64,000 nucleotides of DNA, from the NCBI GenBank assembly GCA_010093815.1, contig ML996579.1; one strand, given 5' to 3'. Below are positions 22,593 through 33,542 of the stretch, one piece after another. The notes below the pieces were generated by a model. It searched no databases. It was not told the origin of the DNA and saw only the letters and a program-made list of their open reading frames with translations. The stretch is from Pseudovirgaria hyperparasitica. Lineage: Eukaryota. The stretch's first letter is position 1. Each line of letters starts with the position of its first letter. A program made the position numbers and the translations under genes.

Positions 22593-25073
22593 CTACACGA
22601 CAGCATCGTCGCCGTAGCGGGCAGCGTACATGCCCAGCGCCTTGATGGGGAAGATGAACTTGTAGTTTGGATAGGAAATCATACTGCAAGCGACACGTCA
22701 GTCCAGTCATTTCAATCAATCAATCAATCATCAACATCAGTCGTCAACATCCATCATCAACAACACAACACGAAAAGATACGACAACGAGCCAACAGGAC
22801 AAGAAAAGACATACCAGCTCTTGTTAAACACCCCCTCGATGCCCTCCTGCGCCCACTCGCCATTAGCCCGCTGCCTGCGCACAAGCAACCTAACCGCCCT
22901 CCTCAGCGGCTCCTGGTCCGGAAACCCGGCCTCCAGCAACGCAATGACCACCCAAGCCGTCTGCACGACCTGGCTGCCGTCCGGATGCGGCGTCCAGACC
23001 TGGTCCTCGCACGACTTGTAGCTCTCGCCCCAGCCGCCGTCGGCAAACTGGCGGTCGGTAAAGAAGCGACAGGCGCGCTGGACGCGCGCGCTGTTGCTGT
23101 ACACCTCCCCGACCGACTTGAGCGACTCGAGCGCAAACATGCCGGCGTAGGTGAAGCAGATGCCCCAGGAGCCGTACCAGGAGCCGTCGGGCCGCTGGGC
23201 GCGGCGGATGTACTGGACGGCGCGGGCGACAAAGGCGGTGATTTCGGCGGCGCGGTAAGACGGGTAGAGGGAGCGGAAGTGGGAGAGGGCGATGACGCAG
23301 GCGGTGGTGCACTCCGGGTAGTCGTATTCGATCATGATGTTGCCAAACACCTCGGCGGCGGAGAGGTATTCGAGGTAGAGGGAGCCGCGGGTGGGCTCGT
23401 ACGAGGCGCAGCCGCCCGAGGGGTTCTGCATGGTGAGGATGATGTCGATGGCGTCGCGCAGGCGGGCGTCGGAGATGAGCTTGGGGTAGCCGGGGGCGGA
23501 CTGCAGCATCATGACGGCCTTTGCGCCCTCGGAGGTGCAGTCGCTGACGGTGTAGCCCTGGAGCTTTGTGCTGAAGCCCCAGGCGCCTTTGCGTTTCTGG
23601 CGGTATGGCTGGTCGGCGCCCGTGGCGTTTTCGCGCATCTGCTGGTCTTCCATGAAGCCGAGGGCTTTGGTCAGGCATGGCTTCCATCGCGGGTCGGTCG
23701 CGAAGCCGCACTCGACGGCGGCCTGGATGAGAAAGGCCGTGTCCCAGGACTGGACGCCGTTTGTGCCGTTGCAGAGCACGCCCTCGTCCTTCATCCAGAG
23801 GTACTCCCATATCCGCTCCCGGTGTCGTCGGACAGAGTACGCGTCCGGCCCGTCGACGATGTGGCAGGCCACGAGGTTCATGGCCCCGTTGACAGGCGCA
23901 AGATCGGCATAGTCGGAGTTCTCGTCCTCGCCCTTGATCAGCGTCCAGACCCAGTTCTCGGCGCGTTGGACGAGCCAGTCGGTGCGGAGGAAGGGGATCC
24001 AGATCATGACGAGCAGCCAGTTCAGGGTGTTCAGGATCCAGTGCTTCGGCTGGTAGTTGTCCTCCTTTGCAATCGAGTTGCGGTGCCCGGCCCAGTTGAT
24101 CGACTCGTACGGCTGCGTGTACAGCTCCGCCCTCAGCTCGCGCGTAAAGTCGTTCGGCGGCATGGACCAGCGCCGCGACCAGGCCAGCGACATGGGCAGA
24201 TAGACGTACCGGATATGCACCCACCAGCGCCACGGCGCGATGGGAGCCCAGTCCGGCAGCAGCCACAGCTCGGGCGGGACAGGATTGACAATCTCCCACT
24301 CTGCCACGCCCAGCACGCTCAACCACCACTTTGTCCAGTGCGGGCCAGAGGCGGCACCGCCGAGCTTGTGCAGCGTGCCGCGGGCCTTGACCATGCGGGG
24401 GTCTTCAGCGCTGGCACCGCAGATGCGCAGGGTCACGTAGTTCATGGCACAGCCAAAGACGCTGCTGTGGCCCTCGATGTGCAGGCCCCAGCCGCCGTCG
24501 TGCTTGTTCTGGCGGGCGTACAGGTAGTTGCGGATCTCGCGGCGGTAGGCGTCTGGGATGGGGGTGCCGGTCACGTACCAGGCGATGACGACGCCGGGGA
24601 GGAGGAACATGGGACCGCCATACTCGCAGGCCCAGTGGCCGGAGGGGAGCTGTAGTTGTTCGAAGAAGGTGAGGCCGTTGCGGGCGCACTCGAGGGGAGT
24701 TTTGGCGGGGGGGAGGTCTGGCAGGTTCTGGACATAGGGGCTTGGATCAGCAAGACTTGCACGGGGGAAATGAGTGCGAGTGAGCGAGTGAGTGCAAGGA
24801 GACAAGACATACCGTAGGCAAGCCCAAGTGGTATTTATCCGCGATGCTCTGCGGCCACTTTTCAAGCTCGTCGTCGGAGTCGAGATAATGCCAAGTCTGG
24901 GCGCCTCTGTCATCCTTCAGCCGCCAGCGGGTATGGTCGGTCCTGCTGTCGACGTCGGTGTTGTTTGCATGTATGCCATTCGCCTTGCTCTTCATCTCTT
25001 TTGCATGTATGCCATTCGCCGTGCTCTTCTCCACCTCTTTTGCATGTATGCCATTCGCCCTGCTCTTCTCCAT
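22593..25073 (-). CDS. ERG7: Lanosterol synthase (oxidosqualene cyclase), 3 exons
   Basis: Exons 25073-24813, 24727-22815 and 22683-22593. Motifs [32 protein letters not shown], catalytic VSDCTSE, QW repeats and [11 protein letters not shown]. The spliced C-terminus [17 protein letters not shown] has the lanosterol-type NKSC motif. Confidence 0.96.
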
Positions 25074-26279
25074 CTCTCTCTTCTCAGGGCTGCCGCAGCC
25101 CACACGCGCACACACAGCTCTCCGCGGTGTGATTGTGAGTTCAATTGGCGATTGGACGGGCCTGCGGAGATGTGGTATGTTCAGTTCTGTTGTGTTGGAC
25201 TTGAAAGAAAGACAGCAGTGTGGGTCTGTCTTCGCAGCAGACGTTCAACAAGTCCGGGGAAGCTTGGCTTGTCTTGTCAACCGGGGGGGCCGGGCTAGGG
25301 AATACCAGGCCAGGACGCTCAGATCGGGGGGTGGTGGAGGCCGACGCGCACACGATGGCACTGACGTCAAGCAAGCGTGCTGCAGCGAAGATGTTGATGT
25401 TGATGTTGATGGTGGTGTTGGTATTGATGTGCGAGTTGCTTGGATTGCGTTCTTGTGAAGAAGAGTGTATTGTCGCATTTTGCAAGCAGAACAATCGGGA
25501 GTGGTGGTCGTGGTGTTGCATGTTGCACTGTCGCTTAAAGCTCCGCGTTCGGTGGCCGTAATTAGGTAGATCGGAGTTACCAGTAGCAGTCAGTCAGCCA
25601 GCCAGTCAGTCAACCAAGCACAGCACACACCACATCCAACAGCACAACCCACAGACACAAGCATAGACACCAAAGAGCCAAGGAGGTAACGATAAATTGA
25701 CAATAGAGGATGCACTAGATACAGTATGCACTAATGCAAAAAAGCCACCAAGCCTCACAATAACAGGTGTTCCGCATTCAGGATCAGGTAAAGCTTGCCG
25801 AAGCAGCCGGGAGCGGCAGTCCGGTGGGGTGGAGGAGAGAGGTGGGATTGTTGTGGGTGTGGCGGATGGATGGCGGAAGGCAGCGGGATGAGATCATGGT
25901 TCACACTTCTAATTATGTCTTTGTGGTCAGGAGAGTGCCGTGCAGGGTTACATGCCGAGTGCAGATCGATATGGATGAATTAAATTAGTTGGTTGGTATT
26001 GGCGCGCTTACTAGGTACCTTGGAGGTACGCAAGGCTGAGTAAAGTAGTAAGCAATGTTGTGCTGTCGGGGACAGACTTTTTGTCAACAAGCATAATAGT
26101 CGAGGGGGTGTATTACTATGTAGATGGATAGATGTAGGTATAATAGTCCGTAGATCAAAAGCTCTTTTTGTCGTTTACGCCTCCAATGGTATTATAGACG
26201 AAGCCGCCGCCGCCGCCGAACCCATACATGGACAAGGAATGGATAGCAAAAATGGAAATAAATAAAAATCTCAAGGCAG

Positions 26280-27246
26280 TCAGTCCGACAAGTCCGGATT
26301 CGCGACAAAGAGTCGCACGTTCCCGCTCATGGTCATGGACCGGTCGTCAACACTGCCTCTTCTGCGCAGATCGTCGCTGGCCTTCTTTTCGGCGCCGAGG
26401 TCGCGCGGGGCGTGTGAGGGTATCTGGCCGAGAGCGCCAAAGCTGGATTCGCGCTCGCCCGAGCTGCCGCTGCCGGTGGAGGTGGTGGAAAAGTAGTCTG
26501 GGCGGCTGCGAGGGACGGGCGTCTCGTCAGCCATGTCGTCGCCCCCCTCGGGCGGGCTGCGATCCTGATTGCTGGGCGGCGTGCTACTGGTGCTGAAGCG
26601 TCCAGGAGCAGTAGTAGTAGTAGTAGCAGAGGAGTTGTGATGAGGCATATACGAGATGCGCGGGCCGGCCGAGGTGAGGGAGCTTCTGCCGCTGCCGGTG
26701 CGACGGTGGTATGGGGCGCTGTGGTAGTTGCTGTCGTCGTCGCTGTCCTCCTCGTCGACCTCGGTGGCGGAGAGGCGCATAGGCACGCCGGTGCCAGACA
26801 TGTTTGCAGGCGCGTAGGGTGTCGCCTTGGGTACGCCATGGTGTCTGATCATGGAGCGCACGCTAGAGTTGACGGAAGCAGTCGAGACGGACTGTCGCGC
26901 GCCTCCACCGCCGACCATCTTCGCAGCGGCACGCAACTTGGCCTGTCTTCTCTGCTCTACTATTCGCGGATCTTCGTGCTGAGACCTGTCGCACCAGACG
27001 GTAGCCTTTTGTTTCCGCATCAACGAGACGTAGCTTGTGGGCGAGTTTGACTGGCCGGAGCGGTTCGAGGGGGTGCGCTGCAGGCCGCCGGAGTTTGAAC
27101 GAGCGAGACTCATGTTGTGGCCTTGACTGCTCGCGGTCGAGGATGTGGCGTTGGAGAGGGTGCGACGAGAGGGAGGAGTCGGGGCGGCGGAGTTGAGGAG
27201 AGGAAAGACAGAGGACGAGGTGGTGCGGGAGCGCGAGTGTTGTTGG

Positions 27247-27313
<67 letters not shown>

Positions 27314-27503
27314 GCAAGTGGTGAGAGAGATGCGAGGGAGAGTGAGTGAATGCAGTTGAGGTGGTGGTGGTGGTAGTGGTGGAGGTGGAAGATCGTGTCT
27401 TGGAGCCGGGGGCAGGTAGAGGTTTGCGGTGGGGTAGAGAGGGAAGAGAAGTGGTAGGACGGTAGCTGTCCACCATGACCGACGACGACGACGACGACGA
27501 CAT
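26280..27503 (-). CDS. Conserved fungal Ser-rich hypothetical protein with polyQ tract
   Basis: Single long ORF, first ATG at 27503. It has a conserved-looking core TSYVSLMRKQKATVWCDRSQHEDPR and a C-terminus LRRRGSVDDR...RLFVANPDLSD. Confidence 0.8.
27239..27314. repeat. (CAA)n trinucleotide repeat encoding polyQ
   Basis: More than 20 consecutive TTG units on the + strand. Confidence 0.95.
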
Positions 27504-28306
27504 GCTGACTGTTTGATGTACTGTATAGCTGAAGGCACTCACAGCCGGAGATGCACACAGATGCAGTACAGATGCAGGGCGTCCGTAGGTAATAATAATA
27601 ATAGTCAAGCAGTAGCAGCAGTGAGATTGTCGGACTTTCAATCGCCTCTTTTTCCTAGATTGTACCACTATTAATCGCCCAAAAAGTCTCCTGCGAATCA
27701 ATTTGTTTGGGAAGTTTGGGATGATAGGATGGCGGCGGCGGCGGCGCGGAGGAGCCTGGGCCGAGAGAGCCTCTGTTGCTCTTTTTCAGCTTTTTCTATA
27801 CGACAGCGAGGGTGCGCGCAGGTCACCAGTTGGCCAGGGCAGGCTTTGCTTGTAATGGTGATGATGTTACCGTACTTTGTTCCCAACTCGCTTTGTCTTG
27901 AGGTGGTGGAGACGGAGGAGTGTAGGGCTCGCAAGCTGAGATGGCCGGGGGGCGTCTTCATCTAATATATGTATTATGAAGATAAAGCCAAAGTGGATAA
28001 TAGAAGATAGCCTAGCAGGTAGACTTGTAGACCCATTCATCCATTCACCTAATTAGCTAATCAATCAATGGAGATTCTATCGCGACGCAGCAAGATGCAA
28101 CCTACTAATTAGGCTTGGACTACATGATCCTATCGAGTGCATCTTGTGGGCAGCAAGCAGTATGACGCTCCCGGCCTGCCATTCACCATTCACTAATTAA
28201 TTAACTATAGACGGCTATACACTACGCACATACAAACACACAGACGTACACACAGACGTACACACAGACATACACACAGACGTACACATACATGCTCCAC
28301 GCCCAC

Positions 28307-28337
<31 letters not shown>

Positions 28338-29729
28338 CCTCGCCCACGCCCCATCCAACCAACCAACCATCCAACCAACTAATACTGCCTTCAGTGCCTG
28401 CATCATCAAAACATGCCCTGCGACGACGAATAAGAATGCTGCCGCGCGAGGACGTGCTTCTTTACCACTTAATTATTATAACCCCGGACTGTCATGGCTC
28501 GCTTGTCGTGGATATAGGTAATCTAGCTAGCATGACTGTCGCACACACAGCCTCATCGATAATCACACGGTAGAGACCACTGCACTGCAACCGCGCATCC
28601 ATCTCTCGACGATCCTCTTGTTTGATAGTGTCTGTCTATCGTCTGTCTGCCTGTCTGGCTGCGTGCATGCGCCTCCTCGTGAATGTCTCCACCCTTGGTC
28701 CCCTCCCAAGCCTCATCACGGCCATCTGGACCATCTTGCAGCATCTCCACCATGCTTTGGCCGCATTCCTGTCTGTTTCCTAATCTACTTCTACCCTTTC
28801 TACCCTTTGCTGCCCACTGCGCACTGTCCCTTGCGCCATTTCTCTCTCTCTCTCTCCCCGTCTTGTTGATGCATTCATCTATTCATCTATTCATCTATTC
28901 ATTCATTCATCCATCCATCCATCCATCCTTTCATTCCTCGCTCAAGGCTTACAGGCAGGCGGTCTCGGATAGCAGGACATCCCGCGCCTGTCGGGGCATT
29001 TCCACTCGTCATGCATCTGTGCTGCAACTACTAATTACTGTCCTGCCTAGCTCTATCGCCATCTGTCGTCACCAACTAGATAAAATACTTAATACCCTTC
29101 CATTGTCTGCCTACACCGCCCTCTCGTCGCTACTAGAAAGTCTACGAGAGCCTGCGAGTCTACAACTCCACCTCTTCTTCACCCGACTCGTATAACATAC
29201 TACTCCATGCAGCCATCTCCAGCCATCTCGCTGCCGTTGATGCACCTCGTCTGCCAACACCAGCCTATCATGAATGAGGACATCATCCATCTTACACGTC
29301 TGCACCTCGACAACGTAGATGTGGCGATGCACTAACCGCTCAAGCCTAGTAGACATGGCAGCAGGTAGGTCACTCAGCATTTCCTTTGTTTGCATTCATA
29401 CTCCCCGCACAACTCCTCACTGTCATCTTATTATCGAGGTAAGCAGACGGCAGTCAAGTCTGCCCGTGCCAAGCACCCCTTCACTCGCCGCAATGCCATT
29501 CCATCCCTCCTCCTCCTCCAAGGGATGTCTACAACATTTCAACACATGTTGGAATGTGCCATCTCCTTGCTCAATCATTCAACCCTCTCCACCACTTCAT
29601 CATAATGTCGTCGCCTCCTGCCTGCCATCTCTCTTCTTTCTTTCTCTCTTCTTCCTTCTCTTCCTTCTTCTCTCTTGACTCCTTCTTCAATCTGCCGCAT
29701 AGCCACCACTCTCACACATCCGGCCCACA

Positions 29730-32105
29730 ATGGCCACTACTACTCCTGCTTCCATCACCACCGCCTCCGCCGACAGCATGACTGCCAGTCACCTGAGCCG
29801 CCCTGCAATCGCGGGCATCCTGACCGCCGTCTGCCTGACTATATCCGTCCTGCTGGCCGCCATGCTCGTCTTGCTGATTCGCGCAATCACCCATCACAAG
29901 CGCCTCGTTGCCGATCTGGAGGCCAGAGGAATCGCTGTTCGCCCGCCTCTTGTCGGTGAGGTCAAGGGTGGTGGTCCGTTGAGGATGGGGCCGACGAGGA
30001 CGGTCTTGCGCAAGAATTATCTCTCGCCCTACATTGTCAATGGCGCCGAGTTGCGGTCCAGTTCGTCGTTCTACGAGCATGACAAGTCCCGCCTTTCGCT
30101 CCAGAAATCCACTCCACATCTAGACTCCAGCACCGACTTTGGCATCTCGCTCCAGTCCCCGCATATCGAGCGCGTGCAAGACCAAGTCAGCAAACCACGA
30201 CACATTGCAGAGTGCCAGATATCAGCCCCGGCCCCGTCGCACCAGACCAGATTTCCCATCAGAACCAGTGCCGATTTCTGCCCCCCAATACCCGTCCGGA
30301 GCAGCTCCCGCCTACCAACACCACCGGTAGCTCCGTCTCCAAGCCTCGAGAGCCGCTTTTCAGCCCCACGGAGCCTCCTTTCCAAGCATGACTCCGCCAT
30401 CAGCGGTGCTCTCTCGCCTCGGAATCTAGACACGCACCCTCAAAAGTCCCGCCCGCGTGCCGGAACTGCAAGTGGCGCAACATCGCAACCTGATCTGCAT
30501 CAGGCCATGCACAGGACAATCAACCGGCCCAGCAGTCTCTCCACCATCTCGCGCACCCAAAAGCCCCTGAATATCTCCGAGGTCTTTGACGTCTTTGACG
30601 CTCCTACGGCAGGCAGAGCCAAGGAAGCGTCCGGACACAGACTGGGCGAGCATCAAAAGTCCAGCATCCCCAAGCTAGAAAGAGCCGGCACTCCAATGAC
30701 ATTCTACGAACAGCCGTCCGCGACAAAAGAGAACACGGCCGTCCGTCCGACGTCGCCAGTCTCGAAGCCGTCCAAAATCGTTTTCAGGACAGAGCCACGC
30801 CTGACCCCGGCAAGCTCACCCGTCAGAAAGAAGAACACGTCCCCTCACCGTGTTGTGCTCGGCGAGATATCCTCCAATACCTCTGCTCCCGGCCACGCCT
30901 CCCAGCGCTTCTCCGACTCGCCTTCTACGAGAAGCAGCAACGGCAATCCGTTCCGTTGGGAGCTCCTCACAGTTCCCCCGAGTGAGACCCCCCGCCGCAG
31001 CTCCTCGCGGCCGAGTTCGGCCAGACCTGTATCGCCGTCCAAGCCCAGTCATGTTACCAAAGCCGCAACAAAAAAGAGGAAGAAGCCGCACAAGACTGAG
31101 CACGACACTCGCTCGCCCACCACCAATCTGCCGCGCAACACTGTCTCTCCGGCCCGCACCCGGAAACCGTCTAAGCTCACCCTCACCCCGATGAGCTCTA
31201 CAGCAACATCACGAACAACCTCCCCGCAGCCCTCGTCCTCCTCCTCCCACCACAACAACAGCACCTCGAAACCCCTCCCCTTCCGCGCCCCATCATCAAC
31301 AACCCCCTCCACCCAACAGCACCAACAACCAACCCGCCGCCACCGCTCCCGCACAGGAAGCTCCTCCCTCCTCTCCCCCTCCCTGCTCGACCTCCGCCTC
31401 GACCTCGACCTGCCGCCTCCACTCCCCAGCCCCCCGCTCCCCGCTCCCCATCTCTCCAATCCCACGACGCCAGACCCGCGCCTTGCCTCGGCCGTCCCGT
31501 CAAGCGTCACCTCGCCGTCTTTTCTATCGCTCTTTTCGCCCTTTGCGCCCGATGAGCGGCCTGATGAGCAGCACGATGAGGAGCATGATGAGCACGAGCA
31601 TATACATACCCCGTCTCCGTCTTCGCCTTCGTTTCCGTCCCCGCCTCCGCCTTTAACTCCGCGGACAATCCCCTCGATAACAACACCACAATCACGCAAC
31701 CCTCCCTCCTCGCCTCTCCTCCCACATATCCCCTCTCCCTTGCTCTTTTCCTTGCCCTCATCACCAAGATACCATCCAACAACCCCCACAACCCCCAAAA
31801 CTCCCAAAACACCCAAATCCCCCTCAACCTCCCCACATACCCTCCGCCCCGACTCTGCGACCCTCTCCCCTTACTCCCTGCACTTCCACCCCTCCACAAC
31901 TGCAAACACTGCTACACTCCAACGCCGACACACCCTTCGACGGCCTAGTCTGCCTGATCTGGGCCGCGCGGGCACCCTTGTGCGCAGGCGGAGGGCGAAT
32001 ACGGAGAGGGGGGGTGGGGAGGAATTGTGTGGTCTGACGAGTTTTTATGGTGGTGATGATGGAGATGGTGGGGATGGGGATGGGGATGGGGGATGGCGGT
32101 TTTGA
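29730..32105 (+). CDS. Single-pass membrane protein with long Ser/Pro-rich disordered tail
   Basis: 791-aa ORF with an N-terminal TM (AIAGILTAVCLTISVLLAAMLVLLI) followed by basic residues, an SSNGNPFRW motif and a low-complexity remainder. Confidence 0.75.
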   Translation: MATTTPASITTASADSMTASHLSRPAIAGILTAVCLTISVLLAAMLVLLIRAITHHKRLVADLEARGIAVRPPLVGEVKGGGPLRMGPTRTVLRKNYLSPYIVNGAELRSSSSFYEHDKSRLSLQKSTPHLDSSTDFGISLQSPHIERVQDQVSKPRHIAECQISAPAPSHQTRFPIRTSADFCPPIPVRSSSRLPTPPVAPSPSLESRFSAPRSLLSKHDSAISGALSPRNLDTHPQKSRPRAGTASGATSQPDLHQAMHRTINRPSSLSTISRTQKPLNISEVFDVFDAPTAGRAKEASGHRLGEHQKSSIPKLERAGTPMTFYEQPSATKENTAVRPTSPVSKPSKIVFRTEPRLTPASSPVRKKNTSPHRVVLGEISSNTSAPGHASQRFSDSPSTRSSNGNPFRWELLTVPPSETPRRSSSRPSSARPVSPSKPSHVTKAATKKRKKPHKTEHDTRSPTTNLPRNTVSPARTRKPSKLTLTPMSSTATSRTTSPQPSSSSSHHNNSTSKPLPFRAPSSTTPSTQQHQQPTRRHRSRTGSSSLLSPSLLDLRLDLDLPPPLPSPPLPAPHLSNPTTPDPRLASAVPSSVTSPSFLSLFSPFAPDERPDEQHDEEHDEHEHIHTPSPSSPSFPSPPPPLTPRTIPSITTPQSRNPPSSPLLPHIPSPLLFSLPSSPRYHPTTPTTPKTPKTPKSPSTSPHTLRPDSATLSPYSLHFHPSTTANTATLQRRHTLRRPSLPDLGRAGTLVRRRRANTERGGGEELCGLTSFYGGDDGDGGDGDGDGGWRF

Positions 32106-32222
32106 AGTTGGCGTTTTTGTGTAGGAGGAGGATTGGCGTGGAGAGACTGTCGGTTTAGGGCAGTAGTAGTAGTCGTCGTCATTCGAGTCGGAGTCTCATA
32201 TGTTTATACTTTGTACGTATAC

Positions 32223-32320
32223 TATATTCATACCGTTCGCTTTAATATATTCATACCGTTCGCTTTAATATATTCATACCGTTCGCTTTAATATATTCAT
32301 ACCGTTCGCTTTAATATATT
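32223..32320. repeat. Perfect 23-bp minisatellite (TATATTCATACCGTTCGCTTTAA) x4
   Basis: Exact 23-bp period. Confidence 0.95.
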
Positions 32321-32365
32321 TTGTGTATCTGTATTATTTTGTTTTTATTAGATACCGTTACATTG

Positions 32366-32497
32366 CATTTCATACCATTTCATACCATTTCATACCATTT
32401 CATACCATTTCATACCATTTCATTCCATTTCATTCCATTTCATTCCATTTCATTCCATTTCATTCCATTTCATTCCATTTCATACCATTTCATACCA
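32366..32497. repeat. 10-bp satellite (CATTTCATAC / CATTTCATTC) x about 13
   Basis: Directly visible. Confidence 0.95.
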
Positions 32498-33090
32498 CCT
32501 TAGTCGTTCTTTAGTCTTAGTCTCACTTCAGTCCTAATCTTACTCAAGTCTTCGTCTTACTCTAGTTTCCGTTCACAGGCTCATTTCACAGGCTCAATTC
32601 ACCCAATTCACCCAATTCACCTCGATAAACTCAATTCAATCCAATTCAATTCAATCCGCCCACATTAATATCTCTATCAATCCATCTAACCATTACCCAA
32701 TACCCCAATACCCATTACCCAGACCCCACACCCAACACCCTACACCCAACACCCAGTACCACACCCAATTTAAACCAAACCATTGCCTTTTCCATGTCAT
32801 TACATTTTCCATTTCGCTTTCCATCTTCACTTCCCCGTCCATTTTCACTTCCGATTCATGTCCATTCATGTCCCTTCCCATTCATGTCCCACTTCCCCTT
32901 CCCCATGCCCATGCCATAATCTTCCATATCACTTCCCGGTGCCCATGCCATGATCTTCCATATCACTTCCCCATGCCCATGCCCATGCCCATGCCATGAT
33001 CTTCCATAATCCAATTCAGTAGAACCTGGCATGTCATACCATGTCATACCATGTACACACGCACATATAATATCATGCCGGGACAAATAA

Positions 33091-33094
<4 letters not shown>

Positions 33095-33189
<95 letters not shown>

Positions 33190-33199
33190 NNNNNNNNNN

Positions 33200-33292
<93 letters not shown>
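33095..33292. repeat. Long (CA)n microsatellite spanning an assembly gap (N 33190-33199)
   Basis: Directly visible. Confidence 0.97.
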
Positions 33293-33295
<3 letters not shown>

Positions 33296-33542
33296 AACAC
33301 ACAACACACACAAGCGTCGCCAGGAACAAACGACAATCAAGCAGATCATGCAGGTATAAATGACAAATGCCCAACCCATCCCAATCTATGTCAGGACAGG
33401 ACAGGATAGGGTCTTTTTACGCTGTACGTTGTACGTTGTTATGTGTCTTGATATTACATGAGATCCCCACAAACAGGCCAAACAGGCCAAACAGACCGGG
33501 CAGGCCCAGCCCAGGCGCAGACAGGCATCACCCCCACTCCGC

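Noticed and set aside
22684..22814. TGATGA...CTGA pattern in the last ERG7 intron as a second snoRNA
   Set aside because: Explained by TGA/TTGA simple repeats and the CTGAC branch point. No rRNA-complementary guide was recognised.
22667..24655. 662-aa plus-strand ORF (and 479-aa alternate-frame ORF) overlapping ERG7
   Set aside because: Shadow ORFs caused by extreme GC3 removing stop codons. They have no recognisable domains.
17271..25073. GT2 plus oxidosqualene cyclase as a triterpene-glycoside cluster
   Set aside because: The cyclase has the housekeeping lanosterol-type NKSC motif, the GT is a processive GT2 rather than a small-molecule GT, and no P450 or acyltransferase is nearby.
32321..33379. 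ORFs reading FHTISYHFIP, CVCVCV and THTHTH
   Set aside because: These are translations of satellites and the (CA)n tract.
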